Of a stretch of 64,000 nt of DNA, positions 11,473-24,544 are shown one piece after another. Origin of the DNA: Squalus acanthias (taxonomy: Eukaryota). The first letter of the stretch is position 1. Every line of letters begins with the position of its first letter. Below the pieces are notes generated by a model. It did no database searches. It was given only the letters and a program-made list of their open reading frames with translations, and was not told the origin of the DNA. Location of the stretch: positions 7,874,001-7,938,000 of the forward strand of contig CM059453.1 in NCBI GenBank assembly GCA_030390025.1, read 5' to 3'. The position numbers and the translations under genes are program-made.

Positions 11473-14400
11473 CACAGAATATAGGGAGTTAGGAGGTAAA
11501 TTAAAAAAGAGGACCTCAAAGGTAGTAATCTCAGGATTGCTACCAGTGCCACGTGCTACTCAGAGTAGAAATAGGAGTATATTTCAAATGAACACGTGGC
11601 TAGAGGAATGGTGCAAGGGGGAGGGATTCAAATTCCTTGGACATTGGAACCGGTTCTGAGGGAGGTGGGACCAGTACAAACGGGACGGTCTGCACCTGGG
11701 CAGGGCCGGGACCGATGTCCTAGGGGGAGTGTTTGCTAGTGCTGTTGGGGAGGGTTTAAACTAAAGTGGCAGGGGGTTGGGAACCTGAGCAGGGAGACAG
11801 AGGAAAGGGAAATAAGGATAAAAGCTAAAGACAGGAAGGAGAAAAAACAAAAGTAGAAGGCAAAGAACTCAACGGTTTAAATCAAACATGGTCACAGTAA
11901 ATAATAATTCATATAGGTCTGAGAGCGTTAAAAAAACAAGCCTGAAGGCTTTGTGTCTTAATGCAAGGAGCATTCGGAACAAGGTGGATGAATTAGCTGC
12001 GCAAATAGAGGTAAATGAATACGATTTGATTGGGATTACAGAAACATGGCTCCAGGGTGGCCAAGGCTGGGAACTCAACATCCAGGGTTATTCAATATTT
12101 AGGAAAGATAGGCAAAAAAGAAAGGGAGGTGGGGTAGCATTGCTGGTTAAAGAGGGGATTAACACAATTGAAAGGAAGGATATTAGCTCTGATGGTGCGG
12201 AATCTGTATGGGTGGAACTGAGAAATAACAAGGGGCAGAAAACGTTAGTAGGAGTGGTATATAGACCTCCAAACAGTAATACGGAGGTTGGGGACGGCAT
12301 TAAAAGGGAAATTAGAGAAGCATGCAGTAAGGGCACAGCAGTCATCATGGGTGACTTTAATTTACATATAGATTGGGCTAACCAAATTAGTAAAAATACT
12401 GTGGAGGAGGAATTCCTAGAATGTTTACGAGATGGTTTTCTGGAACAATATGTCGAGGAACCAACCAGAGATCAGGCCATCTCAGACTGAGTAGTATGCA
12501 ACGAGAAAGGATTAATTAGCAATCTTGTTGCACGAGGCCCCTTAGGTCAGAGTAATCATAATATGATAGAATTCTTCATTAGGATGGAGAGTGAAGTAGT
12601 TGAATCAGAGACTAGGGTCCTCAATTTAAATAAAGGAAACTACGATGGTATGAGGCGCAAATTGGGTAGGATTGATTGGGGAATGTCACTCAAGGAATTG
12701 ACGGTGGATAGGCAATGGCAATCATTCGAAGACTGCATGGATGAACTACAGAATTTGTACATCCCAGTGTGGCATAAGAATTAAACAAAAAGGGTGACAC
12801 AACCATGGCTAACAAGGAAAATTAGGGATAGCATAAGATCCAAGGAGAGGGCATATAAATTGGCCAGAAAAAGCGGTAGCCCTGAGGATTGGGAACAGTT
12901 TAGGATTCAACAAAGGAGGACAAAGGGATTAATTAAGAAGGGGAAAATAGAATATGAAAGTAAGCTTGCTGGGAACATAAAAACTGGCTGTAAGAGCTTT
13001 TATAGATATGTGAAGAGAAAAAGATTAGTGAAATCAAGTGTAGGTCCCTTGCAGTCAGAAGCGGGCGAAGTTATAATGGGGAACAAAGAAATGGCAGCCC
13101 AATTAAATGCATATTTTGGTTCTGTCTTCACAAAGGAGGACACAAATAACCTCGCAGAGATGTTGGAGAACATACGGTCTGATGAAAGGGAGGAACTGAA
13201 AGAAATCAGTATTTGCAGGGAAATGGTGTTAGGGAAATTGACGGTATTGAAGGCCGATAAATCCCCAGGGCCTGATAATCTACATCCTAGGGTACTTAAG
13301 GAAGTGGCCCTAGAAATAGTAGAGGCATTGCTGATCATCTTCCAACATTCGATGGAATCTGGAACTGTATCCATGGATTGGAGGGTAGCTAATGTTACCC
13401 CACTATTCCAAAAGGGTGGTAGAGAGAAAGCGGGGAATTACAGCCCGGTAAGCCTGACATCGGTAGTGGGGAAAATGCTAGAGTCCATTATAAAGGATGT
13501 AATAGCTGAGCATTTGAAAAACAGTGACAGGATCGGACAAAGTCAACATGGATTTACAAAAGGTAAATCGTGCTTGACTAATCTACTGGAATTTTTTGAG
13601 GATGTAAGTGGGAAAATAGATAAGGGAGAACCAGTAGATGTGGTGTATTTGGACTTTCAAAAGGCTTTCGATAAGGTCCCGCATAAGAGATTAACGGGTA
13701 AGGTTAAGGCACATGGGATTGGGGGCAAGGTATTGACTTGGATAGAGAACTGGTTGGCGGACAGAAAGCAGAGTGTAGGAATTAATGGGTCTTTTTCCGA
13801 GTGGCAAGCAGTGACTAGTGGGGTACCGCAGGGATCGGTCCTTGGACCCCAGCTATTCGCAATATACATTAATGATCCAGATAAGGGAATTAAATGTAAT
13901 ATCTCCAAGTTTGCAGATGACACAAAGCTGGGTGGGAGTGTGTGCAGCGAGGAGGATAGCGAGAAACTCCAGGATGTTCTGGACAGGTTGGGTGAGTGGG
14001 GAGAAGCGTGGCAGATGCAATATAACGTGGATAAGTGCGAGGTTATGCACTTTGGTGTCAAAAACAGAAAGGCAGACTATTATCTGAATGGCATTAGATT
14101 GGGACAAGGGGAAGTGCAACGAGACCTGGGTGTCCTTGTGCACCAGTCGCTGAAAGTAAGCATGCAGGTGCAGCAGGCGGTGAAGAAGGCAAATGGTATG
14201 TTGGCCTTCATAGCGAAAGGGTTTGAGTTTCGGAACAGGGATGTCCTGCTGCAGTTCTACAGGGCCTTGGTGAGACCACACCTTGAGTACTGTTTGCAGT
14301 TTTAGTCGCCTTATCTGAGGAAGGATGTTCTTGCCATGGAAGGAGTTCAGCAAAGATTCACAAGGCTGATACCTGGGATGGCAGGAATGACATATGAGGA

Positions 14401-14831
14401 GAGATTGGGTCGATTGGGCTTATACTCACTGGAGTATAGAAGAATGAGAGGGGATCACATCGAAACATATAAAATTCTGACAGGTCTGGACAAACTAGAT
14501 GCAGGAAGAATGTTCCCGATGGTCGGAGAGTCCAGAACCAGGGGTCATAATCTACGGATAACGGGTAAACCATTTAGGACAGAAATTAGGAAGAATTTCT
14601 TCACCCAGAGAGTGGTGAACCTGTGGAATTCTCTACCACAGAAGGTAGTTGAGACGAAGTCATTAAATATATTCAAGGATGACTTAGATATATTTCTTAA
14701 AGCTAAAGGTATCAAGAGATATGGGGAGAAGGCAGGTATAGCGTACTGAGTTTAGATGATCAGCCATGATCTCATCGAATGGCGGAGCAGGCCGAATGGC
14801 CTACTCCTGCTCCTATCTTCTATGTTTCTAT
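11473..14831 (+). mobile_element. Near-complete CR1 LINE (ORF1 esterase end + ORF2 APE endonuclease/RT), specific to copy 1
   Basis: LNARSI, GITETW, MGDFN; 503-aa RT ORF with FADD; only a few stops; absent at the paralogous site ~63328. Confidence 0.95.
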
Positions 14832-15242
14832 GCTTATTTGACTCCAATTATTAATATCATAAACAACAGTACATTTGTGTGTTTGTATATGAGAGAGAGA
14901 AGTTATTTCTGTATTAAGCATTCTGTAGCAACTGATAAACATACCATAACATCATATTCAGTAACCGTCGGTCACACGCAGCCAATGTACATTCATTTAG
15001 TATTATACTGTACGAAAGACTGATATTTAAAGATATTTAGTAAACGAGAATCATATATCTATAACTTCAAGTGTAGCCATTGACCAAATAATATGACCCA
15101 TAATTACTCCTGAGTAACTGAGAAAACTAAGACTTGTTCAAAATACAGCTGCGAGGACAGTCAACAGCAGTTTTGATGAAGCTTTGATAAGAAACAGTCG
15201 CAGGCTGCTAGTGAAGGTTAAATCATTAAATAACATATTATT

Positions 15243-16000
15243 GGCCAGAAATTCGGCTGTTGTCGGGTGAGTACGCGCTGTGTACTCACCCGGAAGGCAA
15301 CCTGAAGTGCTGGTTTCCTGCGTGCACTGCGCATGTGCAGGAAACCGGAACTTCCGTTCCCCTGAAGGGAGGGGTTCAGAAGTCGAACGCGTGCGCGGGA
15401 GAGGCTGCGCGCACGCAGCAAACTTCGTTTTTTTTCCGATTTCTCCGTGAGGGTGTGTATGGAGAAGCTGCAATTTTAAAAAGGAGACGCAAGGCCTGTT
15501 TTTAACATGGTGAGTGGTTAACTAATTACAATTTAAACATTTTTTCAGCAGGTTTATACTTTTAGATACTTAAAAGAACGGTAAAAAAATTTTAAAACCG
15601 TTAAAAAGTATAATTAATTTTTTCAAAAATGTCAATTTTTGTTTAAAGTAGTTAATTTATGTAACTTACAGTTATTTAAAAATTGTGATTTTTTTTAAAG
15701 TTTATTTGAAGTTTAAGTGTGGTTTAGGGGCCGATCTCTATTCATAGATTTGACAGGCCTTCCTGTCAAATCTATGAATGAAAATGCCCTGCTCGGATTG
15801 GCTCTCCATGGCCCACGTGATCCAAGGGGACGCTTCGAACTAACTGCGCAACTGGGATACGCAAGCACTGCGCGCCGGCAGCTGGAGGTGGCCCAGGACG
15901 CAAAGTCCTCGAGGGCCCAAAGCACAACTGCAGACGCGGTACGTAAGTACTCATGTGATGCTTGCAACCGCAGGCATCCAGAAAGCCGAATTTCTGGCCC
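15243..16000 (+). mobile_element. MITE (PIF/Harbinger-like), divergent subfamily
   Basis: TIR ggccagaaattc..gaatttctggcc; empty sites at ~18657 and ~63728. Confidence 0.8.
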
Positions 16001-16682
16001 ATTAAGTTGCTAAGTAGAAATTAGAATTCACTTAACAAAACTAATTGCATCGATCTTTAAAAAATAATTAGTATAATCACATAAAATGAGAGAGATCATG
16101 GAGATAAAGTATTTATCTGGTAGATTAAAGTGAGATAGTCTGGATACCTCAAGACTAGTGAAACAGCGATGAAATGGGGCCTAGGTATAAAGTCCTTGTA
16201 CGAGGGAAGCTAGAAATGAAAGAGATAAAGTAAATTCCAATGGGGTGAAAAACTCTAAACAAGATAACACTGAACATAGCAAAGTTGGTGGAAAAATAAT
16301 GGAAAGGTGGGATGCTACTTTAGTCTGAGTGACAATGGTATTTTGACCATTGAAACCAATTAAAAAAGGTGATTTTGTTAAAGACCTTACATGGACACTT
16401 TCCAAACGAACTGTTGATAAGACAAGGGTTAAAAGCTCGACATTCAAAGAACAACTTCACACAGATGTATTGCGAGGACAAAGGAACAGAATTAAGAGGG
16501 CATTATCTGTGTCCGAGAGGTTCCAGAGACCTAGGGCTGCGAGCTACTCGCTAAAACTATCGCCTTATATTAAGTATATTACGCTGTATGCTTAATAAAT
16601 CTTGATCTATAGCTCATTCATACTGGCTGCTGCCTATTTGTGTCTTGTCCAAGAACTCACAGATCGTTAAGATCTTACAAAT

Positions 16683-16700
16683 TGGCACCCCAGATCGGAC
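16683..16700 (+). promoter_or_regulatory. Primer-binding site complementary to tRNA-Arg(CCU)
   Basis: TGGCACCCCAGATCGGAC vs TGGCACCCCAGATGGGAC expected from the vertebrate tRNA-Arg-CCT 3' end (recalled sequence). Confidence 0.75.
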
Positions 16701-19064
16701 AAGACAAAGCCGCTAGTATTGTGTAATAGATCGGACCTGGAAAGTAGCTTCCTGATCAGCTGCAGCACTTGAGGAGGGATAAATCCCGTGGGGAGTGGAG
16801 AGTGCCTATGAATTGCGCGCGGATAGTTATTGATGTTAGAGTTCTGTTAAGAAAATCACCAAATGGCTAGTAAAAGTTGTGTTAAAGCATATAAGTGTAA
16901 CTTAGACATAGGAGCATGTGCGGAAAAAGTGCAGGTATTATTGATGGAATGTTTAATCAAAGGAGACCGAGTCCCCTTTGAAAAAGTGATAAACTTTATT
17001 GCAGAAAGTCTGTCTCAGAAAAAACACAACGGGTTCAGAGAGAAATATAGGCAGGTGGTTAAGCATAAAGTGCAGGAGAGAGAGGGAGAGATAAAGAAGG
17101 AAAAAGATCTAATTTGCAGGCTAACCAATCTGAAAACTTAGCAAAGGAAGGAAAAAACAGGGATTTGGAAAGCCAGGAAAAGCTGCTGAAACGACGATGC
17201 AAAAAGAGAAAAAAAAAAGTGAAACTTAAAGATTTACGGACATGGAAGTTATTAACATTTGTGCCGAGACAAATAAAAAAAAGATTTGCTGAGTGAAAGG
17301 AAACTTAAAAAAATGCAGGAATTTCAGTTTGTGTAAAAGTGTGCAATTTTCCTCGACTATGAAGGCTTAAGACGTTATAATATTCCTTTCTCTGAAAGTC
17401 AGTCTATAAAACAAAAAGTGTTTGTTATGTGTGTTTTAGCTCCACCCACTTCTCTGTGTTAAATGCGTTTAACACTTTGGTCTTTTATTGGATTTTGGAA
17501 GTTTTAAGAATGTGCGAATAAGATGGTGCCCCAAGAATTGGAAAAAAATACTTTGAACTACAATTTAAGTTAAGCTGGTGTGTAAAAACTGAGAAGAACA
17601 ACAAAAAATTTGTTTAACAAAAGATTAAGTTTCGGTCTAAGATTTAACCTTGGAGTTGCGGTTGCTATGGTGAAATCTTCCAAAGCAGTTTGATATGATT
17701 TGTTTAAATGTGAAAAACTAATTTTTCTCCAGTTATATTCAATGCTTTTACAGTATTTTGGAAAGGCATCTGAAGAAAGGATAATAAGAAATATGATGTA
17801 ATTTATGGTTTTCTACAAGCATGTACTAGTTTGTTTTTTATCTGTTCTGTTCATGTTTAGTTAAAGTGTGAAAACACAACTGTCTTTTTCGATCGGGAAA
17901 GTTTTTTTTTAATTTTCGTGAAGTGACGCAATTGCGTGCACTTGACAATGTTTCGCTCCATCTTCTTAAAGACCTGCAAAGGAGTTCACCCTTTCCACTG
18001 ACAGCTGTTTAGGTTCACCAAGCAACAACTTTAGTATGACATTTAAAGATATTGGACATTATTAAATATAAGTTTCTTAATTTTAAGTTAATATTTCCCC
18101 AGAGTGACAGAAGGAAAATTATGATTTGATAAATTAACACATTGGGCTCCGAGGAGAGCCACAATGAATTATCTTCTTTCTTTTGTAATATGGAAGTTAC
18201 CTTGTAAACTAATTGCAGCACTTCTGTCTCTAATGTTAAAACACTGTGTAAGCCACCTAGCCTGAGAATCACTTGTTTCTGAAATTGGAAATGGAAGATA
18301 AATTGATAGAAATGAAATTGAACATTGACAAACCCTTTCAGTTCAACAATACTGCTGTTAGGAATTTAGAATAATGTTGTATTAACAAAATGGAATCGGG
18401 CACTATATATTGGGTTACTTTTGGGAAAATAACAGATCCTCTAAAATAATGATAATTAAAAAAATGTTAATAACTTGGACCAAGTGAGAATGTTTGATCT
18501 ATGTTTGCAATCTTAAATATTGTACTGGACAGTAAAGTTCCTCCAGGGCTCATGAATGAGATATGAATAGTAATTAATAGGCTGCGTAAAATTGAGAGAG
18601 GAAGTGTTTGAGGGTGTGAGATAGAAACAGGAGAATTAAATCATTAAATAACATATTATGATGCTAAGTAGAAATTAGAATTCGCTTAGCAAAACTAATT
18701 GCAACGATATTTAAAAAATAATTAGTATAAGGACATAAAATGAGAGAAATCATGGAGATAAAGTATTTATCTGTTACATTAAACTTGAGATAGTCTGGAT
18801 TCCTCAAGACTAGTGAAACAGCGCTGATATGGGCTCTTGGTATAGAAAGACCTTGTACTGCTTGAAGCTGGAAATGAAAGAGATAAAGTAAATTGCAATG
18901 GGGTGAAAAACTATAAACAATATAACACTGAAAATGGTAAAGTTGGTGGAAAAATACTGGAAAGACGAGGACAAAGGAACAGTCTTAAGACGACATCATC
19001 TGTGTCCGAGAGGTTCCAGAGACCTAGGGCTGCGAGCGACTCGCTAAAACTATCGCCTAATATT

Positions 19065-19780
19065 GGGCCGAAAATTGCGTACTCTCGCGTATTCCCACTC
19101 CAATTGCCGGTTTTCTGCATGCCCTGCGCATGCGCTGAAAACCGGCAATTGCTCTTCTGAAAAGGGGGCGGGTCCTGGGTGCATCGCGTGCGCGCTACAG
19201 GCTGCGCACACGCTGTGCACTTCATGCTTTGGACGCGCAGGTAAGTACGGATGATTTTGGAAATGTAAAAAGGAGGAGTAAGACCCGCGTTTAAGAAGGT
19301 AAGTAGTGAATTAAGTATTTTTTTGAAATTTTTTTTACAGGTATATCTTTTTTAGAGATTTTAAAGACAGGTAAGTTTATTTTTATAACTTTTTAATAGA
19401 TTTAAAATTTTTTCAAAAATTAAATTTTTTATTTAAAATGGTTAATTTAATTAACTATACTTACTTTATTAATGTGATGGTTTTTTTTTTAAATTTAATT
19501 GAGGTTTAGCTGTTATTTTGGGGGGGGTCAGATTCATAGATTTCACAAGGTGCTGTGAAACTTATGAATGGAAGATGGTGTGCTGCCATTGGCTCTAACT
19601 AAGTCACGTGATCCCACAGCTCGCACGAATTCACTACGCCGCTGGGATACGCAAGCACTGCACAGCAGCTGTCCAGAACATCAAGTTCGTGCGAGCGGGA
19701 TCTGAAAAAGCACAAGCGAGGTGAGAGATCGCGGGAAAGCCTTACCCCCGCGGGAACAGAGCGAGATCATTTTCTGGGCC
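19065..19780 (+). mobile_element. MITE (PIF/Harbinger-like), ATT TSD
   Basis: Imperfect TIRs; empty site in the other LTR at ~16569. Confidence 0.88.
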
Positions 19781-20444
19781 ATTAAGTATATTACGCTGTA
19801 TCCTTAAAAAATCTTAATCTATTGCTCAAACATACTGGCTGCTGCCTATTGGTGTCTTGTCCAAGAACTCGGTGACCGTTAAAATCTTACAATACAGCAC
19901 ATTTAATAACATTTTAATTCATAGTTATTGAGAAATCCATTGAATGTTTATTATAGATATATTTTGATCAATATTTTAATGTATATTTGAAAAGTTTTTA
20001 TTAGGCATTCACTTGCTTTTTAGTGTATATTTATTTGGCTTTTGCAGGGCTGTGGTGAAACAGCAAGGGAGTGGGACCAATTGGCTAGCTCTTTCAAAGA
20101 GCCGGCACAGGCACGATAGAGTAACTAATTACCTTCTGTGTTGTATTATTCTATGATTCTACTGATAAACATCAGAACAGGAATGTTGGAGAGGCGGGTC
20201 AGTACGGTTTCCTGAAATTCAGTGCAAAAACTACTAATAAACTATTTGCCATCACAGTCTAACAGATTGCAATGTCCCAATTCAATTTAAAAACCACGTT
20301 GATTTCCATAAAGTAACTGTATGTTCCAAGCATCAAACAGAATGATTTGAATGAAATGTCGTATCGAGACCCCTTTGGTAAAACACCAGCCTTTACTATA
20401 ATTCAACCTAATACACCAAGACTGTGTATACCAGTAAGAGCAGA

Positions 20445-20590
20445 GTTGGGACCTGGATCTGAACAAATATCCCTAAACTAGTCAGAAAAGCCAAGTTGAG
20501 ACCTGGGTCTGAACACACATCCCTAAACAAGTCTGTAAAGCCAAGCTGAGACCTGGGTCTGAACACACATCCGTCAACTAGCCTGTAAAT
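20445..20590. repeat. 50-bp minisatellite, about 3 units
   Basis: aaagccaagctgagacctgggtctgaacacacatccctaaactagtcagt units. Confidence 0.85.
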
Positions 20591-21259
20591 CCAGATTATG
20601 ACATGGATCTTACCACGCATTCCCTATTCCCCTTTTTCTCTGTCATATTCTCTCTCACACACTTTCTCTCTGTCTCTCTCTGCTCTAGAAAACAAGAAGA
20701 CAGAGCAGTGACTTCACAGATATCTTGAACATTTTAACTTAAGAATCCGAGATTCATACAGTAAATAGTGGCCGAATATTTACTGTAAATGTGTAATAAC
20801 TCTATTTAATAGTTACAACAACAGTTGGTACGAGGAAGTGACCAGTTGCAGCAAGAACTGTGAGAGTAACTAAGTAGGAAATAATTTGATATAGTCAGTG
20901 GCATCAAGGGATTGAAGGGAACTGCTTAACCCAACAACAGGATCGTGCTTAAGAAAACCAGCTAAAATCACATAGAATACCTTCAAGGAGATAATAAATA
21001 CATGACAAGAAATAGGTAATGCAGATTATTAATACAGTGTGAAGGAAATCAGTGGCAATATGGAATATCACAGGTGGTGTTTGAGGTAGGTTGGGGTGGA
21101 GGGCTGGGGGGTGGGGAGATTATTCCAGAGACACCAGTAGGAACATTGCGGCAGAGGAGGGGGTATCTAGTTGGAGGAGGAGGGAGGTGCGAGGAATTTC
21201 TTTGAGACACCATGTATAGCTCTGAGGAAGGGAAACAATTCGCTGAATGCGATGAGTTA

Positions 21260-21775
21260 ATTACATCGAATTTGCAGCTTAGAAACAGTCCATTAGGCCC
21301 AACTGGTCTGAGCCTTCTCCCACCCCTCTTCATCTAACTCTATCAACATAACCTTCCTTTGCTTTCCCACTCATATACTTATCTAGCAGACCAGTAAATG
21401 CATCTATGATATTCGCCTCAACTATTCCTTGTGCTAGCAAGTTCCACCTTCTAATCACTCGCTCGGTAAAACAGTTTTTCCTGAATTCCTTCTTATATTT
21501 CTCAGTGACTAACTTATATCGAGGAACTCGAGTTTTGATCTCCCTACGAATGGAAACATCTTCTCTACGTCAACCCTATCGAACCCCTTCATAATATTAA
21601 AGGCCTCTATTAGGACACCTGTCAGCCTTCTCTTTTCTAGAGCAAAGCGCCCCAGACCGTTCAATCTTTCCTCCTGTTTATAAACTCTTATTTCTGGTAT
21701 AATACTTGAAAATCTGTTTTGTACCTTCGCCAGTGCATCTATATTCTTTTCTGTAATATGTAGACCAGAACTGTG
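21260..21775 (-). mobile_element. CR1 3' fragment
   Basis: LEKRRLTGVLIEAFNIMKGFDRVD. Confidence 0.85.
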
Positions 21776-23362
21776 TATTGATTTAATTGTTAACCTGCCG
21801 ATGCACAATCCTTTCGTCTGCACACCCCAAATACAGCAACCGTTCCATGTACCCCACAATTAGTGTCAGGACCGATTTTAACGAGAATTGGACGGGTGAA
21901 TGACTATTGGTCGCGTGGATGCTGCAAAGTGACCATGTGCAATTCACTCTCACTGACACTTATTCACTTATTTAATATCCTTGAGGGAGTGGAATAACCA
22001 CGAGGCGCTCCCGAGAAGGCACTGTTTCAACAGTTCCGGGTGGTCCACAAGGCTTTGTTTGCCCGGGATGTTCAGGAGCCCTGATTTATCTGTCGCGGCT
22101 GCAGAGCCCCTCTCATTGTGTTCGTTGGAAAAACCAGGAGAATTAAATATCTTTCCTGTGTGGAGACGTCCAATTAGCAGGAATAGAACGCTCAACATAT
22201 TGTAATGGGAGAGGTCCAGAAAATAAGCAATTTGCTCAGAAAATATAACGGATTTGAGATTTAGAATTGTGAAAATGGGAAAGAGTGGGTTGTTCAAACT
22301 GCACGAGGCTCATCCGAGTTGCTTTACTGAGATCTATAAGGTAAGGTAGTGATTGATCACTAACCCCTGCATGGCAGCAGTGATACGGTCCTCTTATCTT
22401 CCAACTAATCTGAAGTGATTCTGCTTCATAATCTGATTCCAAATGCGCCCAGTTTGAAGCTGGACTGTGTTCGAATGAGGCTCCCGTTTAGATCCAGGAT
22501 TTGATCCCACTGATCAATTTGCAGGCATTTATTCCCGTAGATAAAAATATCCGCGTTATTTCCAGCAACATTGACACACCAATCTGAAAGCTCACGTCAC
22601 ACCTCACAGTTCTAGCACTGACGTCAGAAACTTCATAAACCCGTCATTGTAGCAACTCGGATCTCAATGAGTTAATTTCAGCAGATTTCATTTCGCTGCA
22701 GTGTCAGTATAAACAATTGACGTCACTTCTATAAATGGCACTTCACCCACTTGAAACTGTTTACTGATAATGTCCTGTGTGTCTTTTGACATTTCAGATA
22801 GGTGTTGTGTCCCCGAACTACTGAAGGTGATCAACCCACACGTCTGCAGACAACGGCTACAGGACTAACCACAGCTTCACACTTCAAACACTCACAGTTC
22901 AAGGGCTGATAAATAGCTCAGTGTGTGGGAGTTGTGAGTCGGGGCTTCTAAAGCTGGTGGAGAGGCTAATTTAGATATTGCAATCGAAAGTACCATCGCC
23001 TGTCCTGTAACTGTACAGATGATGAGAGGGCTGGTTTCAGCTCTGCTCAGGGTTAATCAGCATTGGCGGGGCCTCATCATATCCTGCAACTGAGGGCCAA
23101 TCACTGATGCACTCTGTCATATTTGAAGTGGCTCAGATTTCCAGCAGTTTTGATCATCAGCATTTGAGGAGTGGCGCAAGCTGTGTGAGCTACCGCGGCT
23201 TCCAATGATTGGTGGGTGGCGAACAGCTGACCTCCTAATACTCTGATTCGATTCGCAATGAACTCCAGTCTATTACCGGTGAATGGAATCAAGAAACCTG
23301 ATTAATTATATCCGAGATAAAAACAATTTCAGACATTTTGACATCGTCATCCGCCTCCAGTC

Positions 23363-23405
23363 ATGAAGAGTATTAGATTGATCTCCATACTGATATTTAA
23401 CGAAG
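23363..23405 (+). CDS. Siglec-like gene B, signal-peptide exon (MKSIRLISILIFNE)
   Basis: gtcATG, hydrophobic core, G|gtaaaa phase 1 joining the V exon (..EVVHS). Confidence 0.8.
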
Positions 23406-23756
23406 GTAAAATATTCATTTTAATAATTAATTTCAGAAGCGATTTCCATTCTGTGGGAAATTAACACGTTCATTGTTTGTGGAGATAGTACATGTTTAGT
23501 TGGTAATTTACAAATTCCCAATTTGCCCATTTAATGCATATTTCATTGGAAACTTTATCTTGTATTTTATAAGATTGATTTAATATTCACTCTATGATTT
23601 ATCGACATTCAATTGAATAACTAATGGATTCTGAAGAGTTTTAATGAAACTTTCACCAGTTTTAATGGATGTAATAATGAATATGTTAGTGGATGTTTAA
23701 AGGTTAAATTAATAGTATTTAACCTGACGGTCATGGTATGTTTTAATTGCGATATT

Positions 23757-24498
23757 GGGCCGAAAATTGATCCCGGTGCGCGAGAGTACGCACTGCGTAC
23801 TCTCGCGTATTCTCTCTCCAATTGCCGGTTTTCTGCATGCCCTGCGCATGCGCTGAAAACCGGCAATTGCTCTTCTGAAAAGGGGGCGGGTCCTCGGTGC
23901 ATCGCGTGCGCGCGACAGGCGGCGCGCACGCTGTGCACTTCATGCTTTGGACGCGCAGGTAAGTTCGGAAGATTTTGGAAATGTAAAAAGGAGTAGTAAG
24001 ACCCACTTTTAAGAAGGTAAGTAGTGAATTAAGTATTTTTTTGAATTTTTTTTAACAGGTATATCTTTTTTAGAGACTTTAAAGACAGGTAAGTTTATTT
24101 TTATAACTTATTAAAAGATTTTAAATTTTTTCAAAAATTTAATTTTTTATTTAAAATGGTTAACTTAATTAACTATACTTATTTTATTAATGTGATGGTT
24201 TTTTTTTAATTTAATTGAGGTTTAGCTGTTATTTTGGGGGGGTGTAAGATTCATAGATTTCACAACCGTGCTGTGAAACTTATGAATGGAAGATGGTGTG
24301 CTGCCATTGGCTCTAACTGAGTCACGTGATCCCACAGCTCGCACGAATTCACTGCGCCGCTGGGATACGCAAGCACTGCCCAGCTGATGTCCAGTACATC
24401 AAGTTCGTGCGAGCTGGATCTGAAAAAGCACAAGCGAGGTGAGAAATCGCGGGGAAGCCTTACCCCCGCGGGAACAGAGCGAGATCAATTTCTGGGCC
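23757..24498 (+). mobile_element. MITE in gene B intron 1
   Basis: TIRs, ATT/AAT TSD; empty site at ~40058. Confidence 0.88.
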
Positions 24499-24544
24499 AA
24501 TATTGCGGATTTCAATGGGTGTTTAATTTCTGTTTTTTCACCAG

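Larger units (their letters stand above)
1..16270 (+). repeat. Segmental duplication unit, copy 1 (paralog 49302-64000)
   Basis: Colinear high-similarity match from position 1 = 49302, interrupted mainly by copy-specific TE insertions. Confidence 0.95.
15218..19891 (+). mobile_element. Short non-autonomous LTR element (5' LTR ..16679, internal ~1.9 kb, 3' LTR ~18605-19891)
   Basis: Direct repeats both ending tcttaca, AATAAA in the 5' LTR, PBS right after the 5' LTR, purine tract before the 3' LTR; 5' boundary uncertain. Confidence 0.8.

Noticed and set aside
12794-14305. 503-aa ORF as a host gene
   Set aside because: It is CR1 ORF2 reverse transcriptase
15138-16013. Multiple overlapping GC-rich ORFs in MITE copies
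   Set aside because: No transposase motifs; a by-product of GC-rich palindromic sequence
22275-22340. ATG...AAG|gtaagg upstream ORF (also ~38584-38649) as a leader exon
   Set aside because: Not hydrophobic and wrong phase; at most a 5' UTR exon
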